Assembly: GCA_963711735.1 (NCBI GenBank)
Contig: CAVQFA010000003.1
Coordinates: 18,971 to 82,970 of the forward strand
Origin: Candidatus Gottesmanbacteria bacterium
GTDB taxonomy: Bacteria > Patescibacteriota > Microgenomatia > UBA10105 > UBA927
DNA: 64,000 bases
Direction of reading: 5' to 3'
The position numbers and the translations under genes were made by a program. Numbering within the stretch: position 1 is the stretch's first letter; the number at the start of each line of letters is the position of its first letter. Below, piece by piece: positions 20,051-33,540 of this stretch. Under the pieces are notes generated by a model. That model saw only the letters and a program-made list of their open reading frames with translations, did not search any database and was not told where the DNA came from.

Positions 20051-21382
20051 TTATCCGAGGAATTGGTATGCCTGTTTCAACGTTTTGACTGTCTGCGGAG
20101 AGATAACTGTAGTAAACCCAAGACGTTTTGCCTCTTTTATCCGCCTTTCAGAGGATGCAACCATACGTACTTCACCGAGTAGTCCTACCTCGCCAAATAC
20201 CGCAGTATGTGACCCTGAAGGTATATTTTTAAAAGACGATAGAATGGCAAGGGAAACAGCGAGGTCTCCTGCCGGCTCAGATACTTTCATTCCGCCGCTT
20301 ACGTTAACAAATATATCAAATGTCCCGAGGGGAATATTCAGACGTTTCTGGAGTATGGCTGTCAGAAGCTGGAGACGGTTATAATCAAACCCGTTTCCGA
20401 CTCTCCGCGGTATAGCAAGCTGAGAAGCAACAACGAGAGCCTGCATCTCCAAAAGAATAGGTCTGGTTCCTTCCAAAACAACGGTCACAACAGATCCGGG
20501 GACATTTTTTACTCTATCTTTCAGAAATATCTCACTGGGATTGTCTATTTCTTTTAATCCCCCGTCTCCCATCTCGAAAATACCGACTTCTTCAATTGCA
20601 CCGAAGCGGTTCTTCAGAGTCCTCAGTATCCGTGCATTAGCAAAACGCTCTCCTTCAAGATAGAGGACTGTGTCAACCATGTGCTCAAGCACTTTCGGTC
20701 CTGCAATAGCCCCTTCTTTCGTGACATGACCGATGATAAAAATAGGTACCCCGTGCCGTTTGGCGGATTCTATGAGAAGCTCTGCTGAGTGTCGTATTTG
20801 ACCGACAGAACCGGGCATACCCTCAAGCTCTTCCGAAAAAAGTGTCTGGATGGAATCGATGACAACCAGAGAAGATGGTGTTGTACCCACCCCTTTTCCC
20901 TTCCAATCATTACCCTGAACCACGCTGAGGATCGATTCTACGTTTGTTTCTGCCAGTATGCGTATATTTTCGCCCGGTATACCCAACCGTTTTGCCCGGA
21001 GCTTTACCTGTTCTGCGGATTCTTCGCCGGATACATAGAGTCCTCCGGTTCTGGCAATCACATGAAGAAGGAGTGTCGATTTACCGATCCCGGGATCTCC
21101 GGCAAGAAGAGTCACTGACCCGGGAACAACCCCGCCTCCCATGACTCTGTCAAACTCCTCAAACGAACTTTTCAGCCTGTTTTTTTCAATATGTTTCACT
21201 TCTGAAAGTTTTACGACTTGTATGCTATGACGGGGTCCTGTTGCTCCGCTTTTTATGCTCTTCACCTCTTCTTCCACCGTTTCCACGAGAGAATTCCACG
21301 TTCCGCACTGGGGACACTTGCCATACCACTGGGGACTCGCAAACGAACATTGCTGACAAACAAATGACGAGTGGAACTTCAT
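20051..21382 (-). CDS. radA: DNA repair protein RadA/Sms
   Basis: C4 zinc finger, GDPGIGKSTLL, KNRFG, Lon-like C-terminus. Confidence 0.97.
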   Translation of the reverse strand: MKFHSSFVCQQCSFASPQWYGKCPQCGTWNSLVETVEEEVKSIKSGATGPRHSIQVVKLSEVKHIEKNRLKSSFEEFDRVMGGGVVPGSVTLLAGDPGIGKSTLLLHVIARTGGLYVSGEESAEQVKLRAKRLGIPGENIRILAETNVESILSVVQGNDWKGKGVGTTPSSLVVIDSIQTLFSEELEGMPGSVGQIRHSAELLIESAKRHGVPIFIIGHVTKEGAIAGPKVLEHMVDTVLYLEGERFANARILRTLKNRFGAIEEVGIFEMGDGGLKEIDNPSEIFLKDRVKNVPGSVVTVVLEGTRPILLEMQALVVASQLAIPRRVGNGFDYNRLQLLTAILQKRLNIPLGTFDIFVNVSGGMKVSEPAGDLAVSLAILSSFKNIPSGSHTAVFGEVGLLGEVRMVASSERRIKEAKRLGFTTVISPQTVKTLKQAYQFLG

Positions 21383-21394
21383 GTGTATGTTCTA

Positions 21395-22588
21395 TTACCG
21401 ATATCCTATCGGTTTTTCCGTGAGCGCCATCGAAAGACTGATTTTTCGCTTATCTGCCTGTACATCCTCGATTATACAGGTTATTTCATCCCCGCTTTTC
21501 GGCTCTTCACCCGGAGATATCTTGGATATATGGATGAGACCTTCTATTCCCGGAGACAAATGGACAAATACTCCGTATGGTGTCACGCGGGTAACGGTAC
21601 CTTTCACCTGCGTGTCTTTCTCAAATTGGTCTGATACATATTCCCACGGATCCGGCAGAAGCTGCTTGAGGGAAAGTGTGAGTTTACCTGTTTCCAAATC
21701 GGCGCCGATCACTTTCACCTTGATGGTATCACCTGTTTTGATATATTGCCCCGGATCTTCAACTTTTTCCCAGGCTATTTCGGAAATGTGGATGAGTCCT
21801 TCAACTGTTTCGCTTTTCCCGTCTTTCTCTATGGTAAATTTAGCAAATGCTCCAAACGGCACCACTCCTGTTATTGTTGCCTGTACTGATTCCCCTACCT
21901 TGACAGCCTCCAATAGCTTTTTTTGCTTCGTCAGCATTTCATCCTCAGCAACCGCCCGCTGGGAAAAGATCAAACGGTTGGTATCACGGTCAACTTCCAT
22001 GACTTTGACGGATACTTTCCTTCCGACTGCCTTATCCGGCTGTTTAGATGTAGCACTCTCAAGCTGAGATTGCGGAATGTACCCGCGTACTCCGCCAAAA
22101 TCCACAAGCATACCACCTCGTACCGGATCTTTGAGTATCACATCAACAGGCAAACCGGTCTTTTGTGCCTCAATAAGAGCGGCCCACCGTGAATCAAAAA
22201 TGCTTCTTCGAAGAGATAAGACTGATTGTCCGCGGTCATTCTCGGGAACAATAACCTGTGCTGTTACTTTATCACCTATAGACAACGCCATGAGAGCGTC
22301 TTTATAAGATTCAAGCTCCCTATCAATAACAACACCTTCGGTTTTTCCTCCGATATCAATCGTAATTTCTTTGGGAGATACACCCGTTACAACTCCTTCG
22401 ACGACGTCTCCTTTTTTTACGCCTTTGAGGGTATATCCCGTCTGCGCGAGAAGTTCTTCCATAGTCTGAGGCTCTCTCGTTAATTTTTTTAGAGACGGAG
22501 TCGTATGATCCGAAGGAATGGAAGGCTCCCGGGTACCTTCATCAGGTAATTTCGTATCAGAAGTTTTTTTGTTTGATTGTTTTGTCAT
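21395..22588 (-). CDS. rpsA: 30S ribosomal protein S1 (four S1 domains)
   Basis: Repeated S1 domains (IDIGGKTEG, GYIPQSQL, EGLIHISEI, EGLIHISKI). Confidence 0.9.
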   Translation of the reverse strand: MTKQSNKKTSDTKLPDEGTREPSIPSDHTTPSLKKLTREPQTMEELLAQTGYTLKGVKKGDVVEGVVTGVSPKEITIDIGGKTEGVVIDRELESYKDALMALSIGDKVTAQVIVPENDRGQSVLSLRRSIFDSRWAALIEAQKTGLPVDVILKDPVRGGMLVDFGGVRGYIPQSQLESATSKQPDKAVGRKVSVKVMEVDRDTNRLIFSQRAVAEDEMLTKQKKLLEAVKVGESVQATITGVVPFGAFAKFTIEKDGKSETVEGLIHISEIAWEKVEDPGQYIKTGDTIKVKVIGADLETGKLTLSLKQLLPDPWEYVSDQFEKDTQVKGTVTRVTPYGVFVHLSPGIEGLIHISKISPGEEPKSGDEITCIIEDVQADKRKISLSMALTEKPIGYR

Positions 22589-22767
22589 GCATGTATACCG
22601 CCTTTCGTTTTAAGATACGGGTATTATACGCTGTCATATGCGATATCTCAAGGATGACGAAAAGAAATATGGGAGAGACTCACTCCGGTTTCATTCAATC
22701 GGATGATCCGAAGAGGTTTAACATCCAATAACAAAGGGTGTTTTAACACAAAAAACCGCTCCATGGT

Positions 22768-22886
22768 ACCCCAGCCTTGACTTATCTTCCCGGAATCTTG
22801 CGAAACAGGTATTGTCAGCGCTAACGCGTTTCACTGCCCAGTTCGGAATGGGATGGGGTGGTGCCACGTCGCATAAAAAGCTGGAG
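22768..22886 (-). rRNA. rrf: 5S rRNA
   Basis: Reverse complement contains CACCACCCCATCCCATTCCGAACTGGGCAGTGAAA; ends approximate. Confidence 0.92.
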
Positions 22887-23034
22887 AACCACAAAAGCGG
22901 TTCTTCACTAATACTATTAATTTTTTAATTCACTTAAACTTCTGCGTTTCTTTTCAATGTAGTTGCACAATAAGGGAGAATCTATATTGATTTCTCTTAT
23001 GTATATATTCGCGGTATACAAAAGATATCCTTTG

Positions 23035-26245
<3,211 letters not shown>

Positions 26246-26400
26246 GAATACAAAGGATCCTATATAAAATAGGACTCGTATATTACCGCGAAATAAAACT
26301 GTAGAGAGAATCATTTTGTAGATTCCCCCTTATGATGCAACTACTTATAAATATTGACAATAATTCAGCATGTTACTGAATTATTAATAAAACCCTATAT

Positions 26401-26419
26401 GTTCACTTGTCAAAGTGCA
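26401..26419 (-). promoter_or_regulatory. boxA-like antitermination element upstream of 23S
   Basis: TGCACTTTGACAAGTGAAC just 5' of the 23S processing stem. Confidence 0.55.
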
Positions 26420-26501
26420 ATATCTTACGTAGTACGGTGTACGATGTATGATTTAAGTAAATTAATCAATTCTTAAATCGTACTTCCTAAACCGTAAATC
26501 G

Positions 26502-26623
26502 TTTTTCTCTGTGGCGCGCAAAAACTTCGTTTTCCTGCCAGTCCTTGTTTTCTCTGTGGCGCTGAAAACTTCGTTTTCCTGCCAGTCCTTGTTTTCTCTG
26601 TGGCGCGCAAAAACTTCGTTTTC
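26502..26623. repeat. tandem repeat, ~2.7 copies of a 44-45 bp unit
   Basis: GTTTTCTCTGTGGCGC(GCA/TG)AAAACTTCGTTTTCCTGCCAGTCCTT at ~26502, 26547 and 26591. Confidence 0.9.
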
Positions 26624-26677
26624 AGCATTCACAGCAGTAAGCTCATCTTCGCTTCGCTCAGATTCACTAACTGACTG

Positions 26678-26750
26678 TGGACCTGGGCGGAGTCGAACCG
26701 CCTGCCTCTTCATTGCAAATGAAGCGTTCAACCAGGTAAACTTCAGGCCC
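26678..26750 (-). tRNA. tRNA-Ala(TGC)
   Basis: GGGCCTG/CAGGTCC acceptor with G3:U70; anticodon arm CTTCA-TTTGCAA-TGAAG; GTTCGA T-loop. Confidence 0.93.
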
Positions 26751-26924
26751 TAATAATTTTGCTGTATGAAGCAAATTTAGTAACGCAAAATTTTCCGGGT
26801 TTACCTTAGCAGCACCGGTTGACAGGATTTACCCTATGCCTCATAGTCCCACCTATTATTATTCAATGTGCGAGTGTCTATTCGTATCCGTTGCAAATGT
26901 ATCCGAAAATTCCCGTGTACCATT

Positions 26925-26947
26925 AAAAAACCCCGCTTGACGCGGGG
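26925..26947 (-). terminator. intrinsic terminator
   Basis: CCCCGCG-TCAA-GCGGGG followed by TTTTTT on minus. Confidence 0.65.
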
Positions 26948-27095
26948 CGATACGAAGTTCACAAGAAGCTAATCAGCACGACAAAAACCAATAATTTGTA
27001 TAAGGTATTGTGTGTATCTTCTCATGAATCGATTTGCAGAAGTGATTATATGGTGAAATACAATCACAAATTGCCCTGCATCAAGAGCATCAAGT

Positions 27096-27125
27096 ATTTT
27101 ACCTTTCCTGCTACGCTATTGTCAA
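27096..27125 (-). promoter_or_regulatory. sigma70-type promoter facing the tRNA-23S-5S unit
   Basis: TTGACA-18 bp-TAAAAT. Confidence 0.55.
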
Positions 27126-27141
27126 TACTCGTCTGTATGGG

Positions 27142-28483
27142 TTATTTCATCTCTTTCAATATTCTCCCGAGAGCGACTGTGAATGCCGCTGTCCGGAGAC
27201 TTATCTTGTTCTTTTTAGAAGCTTCCCATATTATGTGTGTTTCTTTTTCCATTTTATTTTTCAGTTTCATATTTACGTCCTTTTTCGTCCAATGTTCGCC
27301 TTTCAGATTCTGCTCCCACTCAAATGCGGACACTGTCACGCCGCCTGAATTAGAAAGTATATCAGGAACAACCGGTATGTTACGCGTAAAAAGAATGTTA
27401 TCAGCCTCGGGTGTTGTCGGACCATTCGCCATTTCTAAAATTACCTTTGCCTTAATTCTGGGAGCGTTATCCTTTGTGAGTACGCTCTCGAGCGCTGCAG
27501 GAACCAATATATCTACCGGTAGCTCCAGAAGTTCTTCGTTCGTCACCTGTTTTCCTTTTTTAACATCACATACGGATCCGCTGCAATAGCATCCCGCAAG
27601 CATTCCGGTCCGCTTTTTACAATCCAAGCGTCATGGCAGGATCAAGTCCTTCGGGTACGTATATGCCTCCCTTACTGTCAGAAACTGCTACAACTTTAAA
27701 TCCGGCTTCGTAGAGAAACTTCGTTATGTTATACCCGACATTTCCGAAACCCTGTACGGCAACTGTCAGTTTTTTATTATTTTTCAGATTGAGTTTTGCC
27801 AGTATCGCCTGCAAAACATATAAACCCCCGAGTCCTGTCGCCTCTTCCCTGCCTTCACTGCCTCCGTCTTTTATCAGTTTCCCCGTAAACGTCGCCCTTA
27901 GCTTTTCCTTTTCTTTCTTTGATAATTTAAATTTATTCTGCCAGCTGGCGGACCGGCTTTTAATTTTTATATACTCATCCACCATCCACCCCATAATCAC
28001 ACCGTTGGTATTGACATCCGGTGCAGGAACATCTATGTCCGGACCTACAAAATCAGCAATTGCCCGTGCGTATCCGCGGGACAATCGTTCCAGTTCACCT
28101 GCTGACAATGTTTTGGGATCTACAACGATCCCGCCTTTCCCGCCGCCAAGCGGAAGGTCTGCAACCGCACATTTCATTGCCATCCAGAAAGAAAGCGCCT
28201 TTACTTCATCGAGAGAAACCTGTTTATGGTACCGGATCCCGCCTTTATACGGTCCGCGGGCATTATTAAACTGGACACGGTATCCCTGGAAAATTCGTAC
28301 CGATCCGTTATCCATCTTCACCGGTATGGTGACATTGACAATTCTTTGAGGTTGTCTCAGGATCTCCAACTTCTGTTTTATTGCTGACTCCCGAGAACTG
28401 ACGGTTGACAACTTCGTTGCAGCTTTTTCAAGTTGCTTCATGGCATTATCAAACGGATTGGAAACAGATGTGTGTGTATTCAT
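27142..28483 (-). CDS. gdhA: glutamate dehydrogenase (Glu/Leu/Phe/Val DH family), apparent frameshift ~27590-27625
   Basis: GPYKGGIRY, GGGKGG, DVPAPD, QGFGNVG; C-terminal ORF has EMANGP and NSGGVTVS. Confidence 0.92.
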
Positions 28484-28636
28484 ATGCTCCGTATACTACC
28501 CATATTTTCTATAAATGTAAATACTGCTCATAACCCAAACCCTGACTATGAGTATATGCAGGCAAACTGAAAATAAGCTGAGAAAAACGTGGGTATCCGA
28601 TAAAATGAATTTTATCCAAACTTTTGAATACCTTCC

Positions 28637-29354
28637 TCAGAAGAACGGGTCAAATTTCAACTGGTCACGGGGAACCCCTGCTGAAAGTAATTTTTCCTGT
28701 GTCTGTGTAATCATATCCTTCTTTCCGCATAGATAAAAATCACAGTTTTTGACATCTTTCTCATTGGTCAAGACGTACTCCGTCACGTGCCCCTTCAGCC
28801 CTTTCCAATCCTCCGGAGGTCTGGATAATACCGGATAATATGAAAAGTATGCGTGATTGCTGCTTAATGTTGTCAGCTCATCCTGTATATACATATCTTC
28901 TTTAAACCGTAATCCCCAGTACAACGCAATAGGTACCGTTTTGCATACGCCTTCATACTTGTCCAGAAGCATTGACCGAAAAGGTGCAATTCCCGTACCG
29001 GTTCCCACCATGACCCGTTTCCGCGGACTTTCACAATCGATGACAAACCTACCAAGAGGAGCTGTAAATTCCAGAGGATCCCCGACTTTGAGTGCTTCCA
29101 TCCACTTGAGACCCGGGACCACCCGGAGTCGTATCCTGAAATGATGTAATGACAGTGTTTTCCGTCGGAGGACTGCCAATCGACATGGAACGGAATATGT
29201 TCGGTGCAACGGTAATCATCATCGTTTGTCCGGCAATAAAATCTATAGACGGAGGGTTTATAAGACTATATTTTGCGAGGTACACATGTGGTGTAATTTT
29301 CACTTTTTCAGTCACTGTGGCTTTGAATTTTTGGGGTTTTGCAAAATTCATCAT
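28637..29354 (-). CDS. FNR-like FAD/NAD(P)-binding oxidoreductase, apparent frameshift ~29115
   Basis: FIAGQ and RSMSIGS (RxYS-like) in the first ORF; GTGTGIAPF and YLCG in the second. Confidence 0.85.
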
Positions 29355-29358
29355 TCAT

Positions 29359-29583
29359 TCATTGTAAATTGAAGCGTACCAATTGTAAAATTGAAATAGT
29401 TACAATTGTCGGTATAACAATTGTTGGTGAAATGATAGGTGTTATTGTTGGTATCAATGTTCCTTTCGGTGTCAATATTTTTTGGTCGCTAACCTGACCT
29501 GTCTTATGCTGAGTAGATACAATATACCCACCATAGAAGAATAAAGCCAACATTACTCCGACTAACAAATATTTCATATACAT
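29359..29583 (-). CDS. small membrane-anchored hypothetical protein
   Basis: N-terminal TM helix and Pro/Thr-rich linker. Confidence 0.5.
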   Translation of the reverse strand: MYMKYLLVGVMLALFFYGGYIVSTQHKTGQVSDQKILTPKGTLIPTITPIISPTIVIPTIVTISILQLVRFNLQ

Positions 29584-29621
29584 CTACTTATTGTATCTTT
29601 AGATTTAAATGATAGTTGGAC

Positions 29622-30607
29622 TTATTCTTCCAGCCACTTTTGCACATCAAGCGCAGCCATCGTGCCCATACCGGCTGCAACAATTGCCTGGCGGTAGCGG
29701 GGATCAGTACAGTCCCCGGCAGCAAATACCCCCGGCCTGCTTGTTGCGGTATGCACTTGGTGTCCGCCGCTTATCAGAACATATCCTTTATCATCCAGAT
29801 CTACGAATCCTTTCAGGAATGCCGTAGCGGGAGTATGACCGATCGCCACAAACACACCCTCAACCGGAAATTTTTCCTTTTTATTGGTTTTTGTATCTGT
29901 AAGGTCAATTCCGCGCACAGCCGTATCGCCGTAAAAAGTATCAACAGCTTTATTTGTCAGAAATGAAATTTTCGGATTATTCTTTGCTTTTTCGAGCATT
30001 ATGGGAGATGCCCGGAACGTATCGCGTCTGTGAATGATTGTCACGTGTGGTGCAAACGTTGTGAGAAATGTTGCGTCCTCCATAGCCGTATCCCCGCCCC
30101 CCAGGACCGCCACTTTTTTTCCGCGGAAGAAAAAACCGTCACAGGTTGCACAATAGCTTACCCCTTTTCCCGGAATGACTCCTCAGACGGAATCCCTAAT
30201 TTTTTCGCGCTTGCCCCTGTTGCGATAATTATTGATCTTGCCTGATAAACATCATTTTCTGTCTTAACTTCAAATATATTTTTCTCTCCCTTTTTACTTA
30301 CAACCGATTTATCCGCCGTAGTCTTGGCGAAGGTGGACAGCTCACAACTCACAACCGATTCGGTCCGTACTTCCGTTCCGAATCTCTCCGCTTGTTTTCT
30401 CATGTCCTCCAGAAGATCCGGTCCCATGACGCCTTTGGGAAATCCGGGAAAATTTTCAACCTGTGTCGTTGTAGTCAGCTGTCCTCCCGGTTCGGGACCG
30501 GTCAAAATAAGCGTTTTGAGAAACGCCCGTGATGTATAGATTGCTCCGGTGTATCCCGCCGGCCCGCTTCCGACGATAATAACATCGTATACATTTGATG
30601 CATTCAT
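29622..30607 (-). CDS. trxB: thioredoxin reductase, apparent frameshift(s) ~30115-30165
   Basis: GSGPAG, GGQLTTTT, VENFPG, CATCDG encoded at ~30136-30153, GGGDTA, GVFAAGD, YRQAI. Confidence 0.95.
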
Positions 30608-30636
30608 ATCGTAAATCGTAAATCTTAAATCGTAAA

Positions 30637-30960
30637 TCAGCTCATGAGCTTATTCAGTTCCCCGACGAGTGTTTCTTTGCTTTGTACTCCGACGAATTGC
30701 TTTACCGCTTTTCCGTCCTTAAATAGTATTATTGTCGGAATGGACATAATACCGAATTGTTGGGCTTTCTGTGGGTTTTCATCAACATTGACTTTTCCGA
30801 CCTTTGCCTTCCCTGTCATCGCTGTAGCCACTTCTTCTACGATCGGTCCCTGAATTCTGCACGGTCCGCACCAAACAGCCCAAAAATCCACAAGCACCGG
30901 TTCTGTTGCTTTCAGTACTTCTGCATCAAAATTTTGATCCGTAATTACGATATCTGTCAT
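30637..30960 (-). CDS. trxA: thioredoxin
   Basis: DFWAVWCGPC, SIPT. Confidence 0.97.
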   Translation of the reverse strand: MTDIVITDQNFDAEVLKATEPVLVDFWAVWCGPCRIQGPIVEEVATAMTGKAKVGKVNVDENPQKAQQFGIMSIPTIILFKDGKAVKQFVGVQSKETLVGELNKLMS

Positions 30961-31076
30961 GGTTTCCTCCTGTTTAAGAATGTAAGTGTACTCAAATATG
31001 TATTTTCTGTAAATAATGTATTACTATATCTTATTGTACACGTTATTTGATAGTATACGAATTGTAGATTGATTAT

Positions 31077-31523
31077 ATGCGTATTTTTTTTGCAGGACCT
31101 TTAACGGAACTCACACATCCGGGACAAACAAAAGCGTTTTATAAAAGGCTCGGTGATGTTGCAGTGGAATGCGGGTTTACGTATTTTTGGGCGTTTTTAA
31201 GCGGTACTGACCCGGTAAAAGACCCGAATGTGGATCCTGCGTATATTTACTATAAAGACCTTAAAGAATTGGAGACGTCAAACCTCATGATAGCCTACGT
31301 CGGTGAACCGTCTCACGGTACCGGCCAGGAGCTGGAGTATGCCAAAGAACACAATATTCCGGTGTATTTGTTATTTGAAAAAAGCCGTGATATCTCCCGT
31401 ATGATTCTCGGCAATCCTGCAGTCAAAGGAATAATAGCATTTACGACATACGACGATGCGATCACGCAGCTTCGCGGATTACTCAAACAAATCAAATCCC
31501 GGCTCACTATACACTCTGCGTAG
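31077..31523 (+). CDS. nucleoside 2-deoxyribosyltransferase-like protein
   Basis: IFFAGP, IYYKDL, PSHGTGQELEYA. Confidence 0.82.
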   Translation: MRIFFAGPLTELTHPGQTKAFYKRLGDVAVECGFTYFWAFLSGTDPVKDPNVDPAYIYYKDLKELETSNLMIAYVGEPSHGTGQELEYAKEHNIPVYLLFEKSRDISRMILGNPAVKGIIAFTTYDDAITQLRGLLKQIKSRLTIHSA

Positions 31524-31613
31524 TGCCTTCATTTTTCCCAAAAAACCACTTGTGACTCAAGACGTCCGAGCCTCACAGAATACCCCTGTGTGCTTGAGTG
31601 AGATATGATCTCA

Positions 31614-33167
31614 TCAGGAAGCCATAATCCGTTCGTTAAATCGTATACTGCAAAATGCCGTGCGTCCGGTATCCCGACGTTTCCCCTTAGCTTCATCTCC
31701 CGAATGCAGATTTGTAATAATCGTCATTCCGGCAATATCACGAAATGCATATTGCATGGGGATGATATTGTATGCATTACCGCCCCATCTCTCCGGTACA
31801 CTAAACCCGCCTTCCTGCATAATCCTTGAGCTTCGCAGTTCCCGGACTGTCTCGTAACATGCAGACAAATACCTGTCTTCAGCTTCATGCGGTTCTGTTG
31901 ATAAATGTACTTTCATTTGCAGACGGCCTCCTTTTTCCTCACCGTGTTTCATGAGGAATGCTCCCGGCAGAAAACCGGTCACGGATAATGCTGCACGGCC
32001 GGCCAGAGACCCAAACCGGTACGCAAGCGACATGTCATCATGTGTTCCTATAAACGTAAGCAATTTGTTTAAAAATTCAGGCTGGAACTCCAACACTTTT
32101 AATCTCCGGTACAGATCCTCAGGGTGTATTTCAGAAGCGAGTATTCTTGCCAGCCTGTCATAGAAGTCATTTTTTCCGTACAGCCAGTCGAATCCGGCTC
32201 TGGATAAAATGCCCATATCGTCGATCCCGTGAATTATATTGTATGATTCCGCAATCAATTTTTTTTTGCCCTGCCCAAAATAACTATCCGCTGCGTTCCG
32301 TACTTTTTCCCAAAAATTATTGCGTCTCATGAACGTTTTCTCTTCGTCTGTCATGAGCCAGCCCCAGGTATGCAGAAATGTTTCGGGGTTGGCAAGCATT
32401 GCCATGTCACACCGCACTCCGTCACAGTGTTCCAGAATGGACAGAACCTGGCGGATCATAAAATCCTGCGCTTCCGGGACTGCGTAATTTAGTTGTAAAC
32501 AATCATAATACGGGCCGTAATTCGGATCACGGGATTTCGCAAAATACCGTGTCTCACCGTCAATTCTAACAGGGAAATATTCATAATCATTATCTTTTCC
32601 GATTTCTTCCGTTACTTCTATAAACATGTCGGGGTGGCTGTATACTAAATTTGTATCCAGCCCGAAATGAAGAATGAAATCCAGATATAACCGTACTCCC
32701 TTTTTGTTCAGATACGTATGTACTTTATCTACTTCGTGCCAATTTCGTGCCAGATTCGGATCCGGAGTATATTCCGAAATGGCAAACGCGGACCCTGTTA
32801 CCGTCTCTTTCGTTACACCCGGGTCAAACTCCCTGTATTCGCTCATGCATACAGGGCGTTGTGCTGCAGCACGAACTAAAGGACCGCAGGGATAGAGACC
32901 GGCCGTAAACCAAATCGCATCTGTTCCGTCAGCTACACTGTCCCATACCTCCCGTGGGTAGTGTCCGATTGTTCTTTGTCCGACGTGTCTCGTTACTTCC
33001 CCTGCAAACGTTCTGATATTGAGCCATTTTATGAGCGGGTATTGGACTTTATCACCGGGTTCCAATAGTTCTTTTACACGGGGAAGGTAGGATAACGGAT
33101 CATAATCCTTCCGGATATAATCTTGTTCCCGAAGCGTTGTATCACCGCGCACCTCAGCTAATGCCAT
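31614..33167 (-). CDS. alpha-amylase family (GH13) glycoside hydrolase
   Basis: LYLDFILH, DGVRCDMA nucleophile region, IAESY, GTHDD. Confidence 0.8.
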   Translation of the reverse strand: MALAEVRGDTTLREQDYIRKDYDPLSYLPRVKELLEPGDKVQYPLIKWLNIRTFAGEVTRHVGQRTIGHYPREVWDSVADGTDAIWFTAGLYPCGPLVRAAAQRPVCMSEYREFDPGVTKETVTGSAFAISEYTPDPNLARNWHEVDKVHTYLNKKGVRLYLDFILHFGLDTNLVYSHPDMFIEVTEEIGKDNDYEYFPVRIDGETRYFAKSRDPNYGPYYDCLQLNYAVPEAQDFMIRQVLSILEHCDGVRCDMAMLANPETFLHTWGWLMTDEEKTFMRRNNFWEKVRNAADSYFGQGKKKLIAESYNIIHGIDDMGILSRAGFDWLYGKNDFYDRLARILASEIHPEDLYRRLKVLEFQPEFLNKLLTFIGTHDDMSLAYRFGSLAGRAALSVTGFLPGAFLMKHGEEKGGRLQMKVHLSTEPHEAEDRYLSACYETVRELRSSRIMQEGGFSVPERWGGNAYNIIPMQYAFRDIAGMTIITNLHSGDEAKGKRRDTGRTAFCSIRFNERIMAS

Positions 33168-33308
33168 TGATAAAGAGTAGAAATAATTTCAGACAACTAT
33201 ACTGGTTACTCTTTTACGCTATGATTATAAAAACGTTCTGTCAATAGATAAACAGTATGCAGGGAATTCCCGGGGGCACGCGTTTGATCGGATGGGCAAA
33301 AAGAAGAA

Positions 33309-33512
33309 TTACGGCAGAACCGTATAACCGGTTTTGTTTATTGTAGCAATGATTTCTTTCTCCGTATTTTTTTTCGCGTCATACTCCACTTCCACTTCGC
33401 CTTTTGCGTAACTACCGTGGGCTTTCACTCCGATATCCTCAAGCGCAAACTCGATTGCCAGAGCACAGCTCGTACAATGCATATTATTGATTTTCAATAC
33501 TTTCGTAACCAT
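33309..33512 (-). CDS. copZ: CopZ-like heavy-metal-binding (HMA) chaperone
   Basis: MHCTSC motif; 67 aa from ATG at 33512. Confidence 0.85.
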   Translation of the reverse strand: MVTKVLKINNMHCTSCALAIEFALEDIGVKAHGSYAKGEVEVEYDAKKNTEKEIIATINKTGYTVLP

Positions 33513-33540
33513 AAAAAATTCCAAAGTAATCCTAAGATTC

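Noticed and set aside
26502-26623. Possible CRISPR array
   Set aside because: Units are contiguous tandem copies with no unique spacers, and there are no cas genes in the window.
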